A stretch of DNA of 64,000 bases from Azolla caroliniana (Eukaryota; Plantae; Polypodiophyta): positions 6,820,001 to 6,884,000 of the forward strand of contig JBHGNT010000013.1 in the NCBI GenBank assembly GCA_043228905.1, read 5' to 3'. The notes beneath the pieces were generated by a model. The model saw only the letters and a program-made list of their open reading frames with translations. It was not told the origin of the DNA and did not search any database. How positions within the stretch are numbered: the first letter of the stretch is position 1; each line of letters begins with the position of its first letter. This document shows, in pieces, positions 62,812-64,000 of the stretch. A program made the position numbers and the translations under genes.

Positions 62812-63500
62812 CCATACCGTACCATACCCTAGGCTTTAGTTGTGGAATCTCTCATGTATGCAATATAGTTGCAACCCGACTCAACCCCATATATATATTG
62901 CCCCTACAGTTGAGTTGGATTGTCACTAGGGAGGTTTATGTAGAATCCGGGTCACATAATAAATACATTGGACAATTTTGTCAACCACATTTTTAGGTAT
63001 CTCCTTGGCACAAAGGATCGATCTTGCTAGACTTTCTGGCTTGATCGGGACATCCGAACCTTATCTCACATGCTTCACAAAGTCCAGCTACGTTGGGTAC
63101 ACTGATAGTCATAATTCCATTTCCCACTGTATTATCCAATACTCGAGAGGAGCTATTTCGTTAGACTAGAGATCCAAACTCCAAGAAATACACTACAACG
63201 TCTTCAGCCATGACAAAATACATAGCAGCTTCCAAAGCATGCAAAGAAGCAATTTGATGACTCGCTTGAGCACTCGAACATGACAACTTGGACTCCATCC
63301 CGACCCTTCAGAGTGACAATCAAGGTGCGATCCTACATGCCAAAAGCCTAGTTTATCATGCAAAAATTGAAGCACATTGAAATATGATGCCAATTCTTTC
63401 GTGAATGGTATCTACCTCATCAAAGTCCACACTGAGGATAATGTCACAAATCTCTAAAAGCTTGCCACCAAACTACTTCTAGCTCCTTTTCACCAACAAG
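62812..63500 (+). pseudogene. Highly decayed Copia RT end and RNase H
   Basis: Remnants VPY...LMYA...ATR, DNQGAILHAK, KHIEI, KVHTEDN. Confidence 0.7.
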
Positions 63501-63661
63501 TGGGCCTTCAACAACACAACTTGACCTAACAAGCTCTTAGGTCACCTCCCATTTTTTAATTTCATACCTGACTTACTCTATGGGGGCATCTTCTCCTCTA
63601 TCTATGTATCCCAATTGTTGTTGCGCCTCTCCTACTATATGTATTGTTCATTACAAGGGCA

Positions 63662-63795
63662 TGTTGAAGGGTATTGTACCCTACATACACCTTTTGCCCC
63701 CTTTCACACACTTGTACATTGTCCCTCTCATTATCAATATAAAGGGGAGAGGTGATTCCTCACCTGCAAGTAAATTAGTGTCTTACATTTGGTGA

Positions 63796-63839
<44 letters not shown>

Positions 63840-63997
63840 CACCTAGAACTCCGTGACCTTGCCCCCTCTACCCTCACCTTACTCTTGAGTCTCCACCCGA
63901 TTCCCCCACAATGGGAACTCCACAAGGAAAAGATAAAAAGTATCTTCACCTCAAATTGTAGGGCTTCTAGGGTAGAAAAACTAATATTTCAATAACA
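63662..63997 (+). mobile_element. Probable LTR
   Basis: tgttga...aataaca ends; tataaa at ~63738; (CT)n tract; partner LTR or PBS not visible in the window. Confidence 0.45.
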
Positions 63998-64000
63998 TTT

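Overview
Gene-free, deeply nested transposon stack from a plant genome, most likely a moss or other bryophyte (inferred from the TE families). It contains: (1) one apparently intact, very young Tcn1-type Ty3/Gypsy chromovirus (31477-37262; 469-bp LTRs that look identical; TSD GATGT) plus several decayed relatives; (2) a minus-strand non-chromovirus Gypsy (2617-24674) that hosts three Ty1/Copia elements nested inside one another; (3) three copies of a spliced Tag1-like hAT transposon, one complete with an 8-bp TSD (46189-55012); (4) a GGG...CCC TIR element with a 4-bp TSD (45194-60205) that encodes a Sola2-like transposase remnant and a convergent spliced RING-H2 cargo gene; (5) several solo LTRs and tandem arrays. 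Most notable signals: an antisense tRNA-like Pol III A-box/B-box module in the U3 of two unrelated Gypsy families with the same 43-nt spacing; a tRNA-independent self-priming PBS with a compensatory base change; a GUUAAAC plus pseudoknot -1 frameshift; and a conserved ~185-aa tail after RNase H in two Copia elements. All calls were made by eye; no searches or alignments were run.
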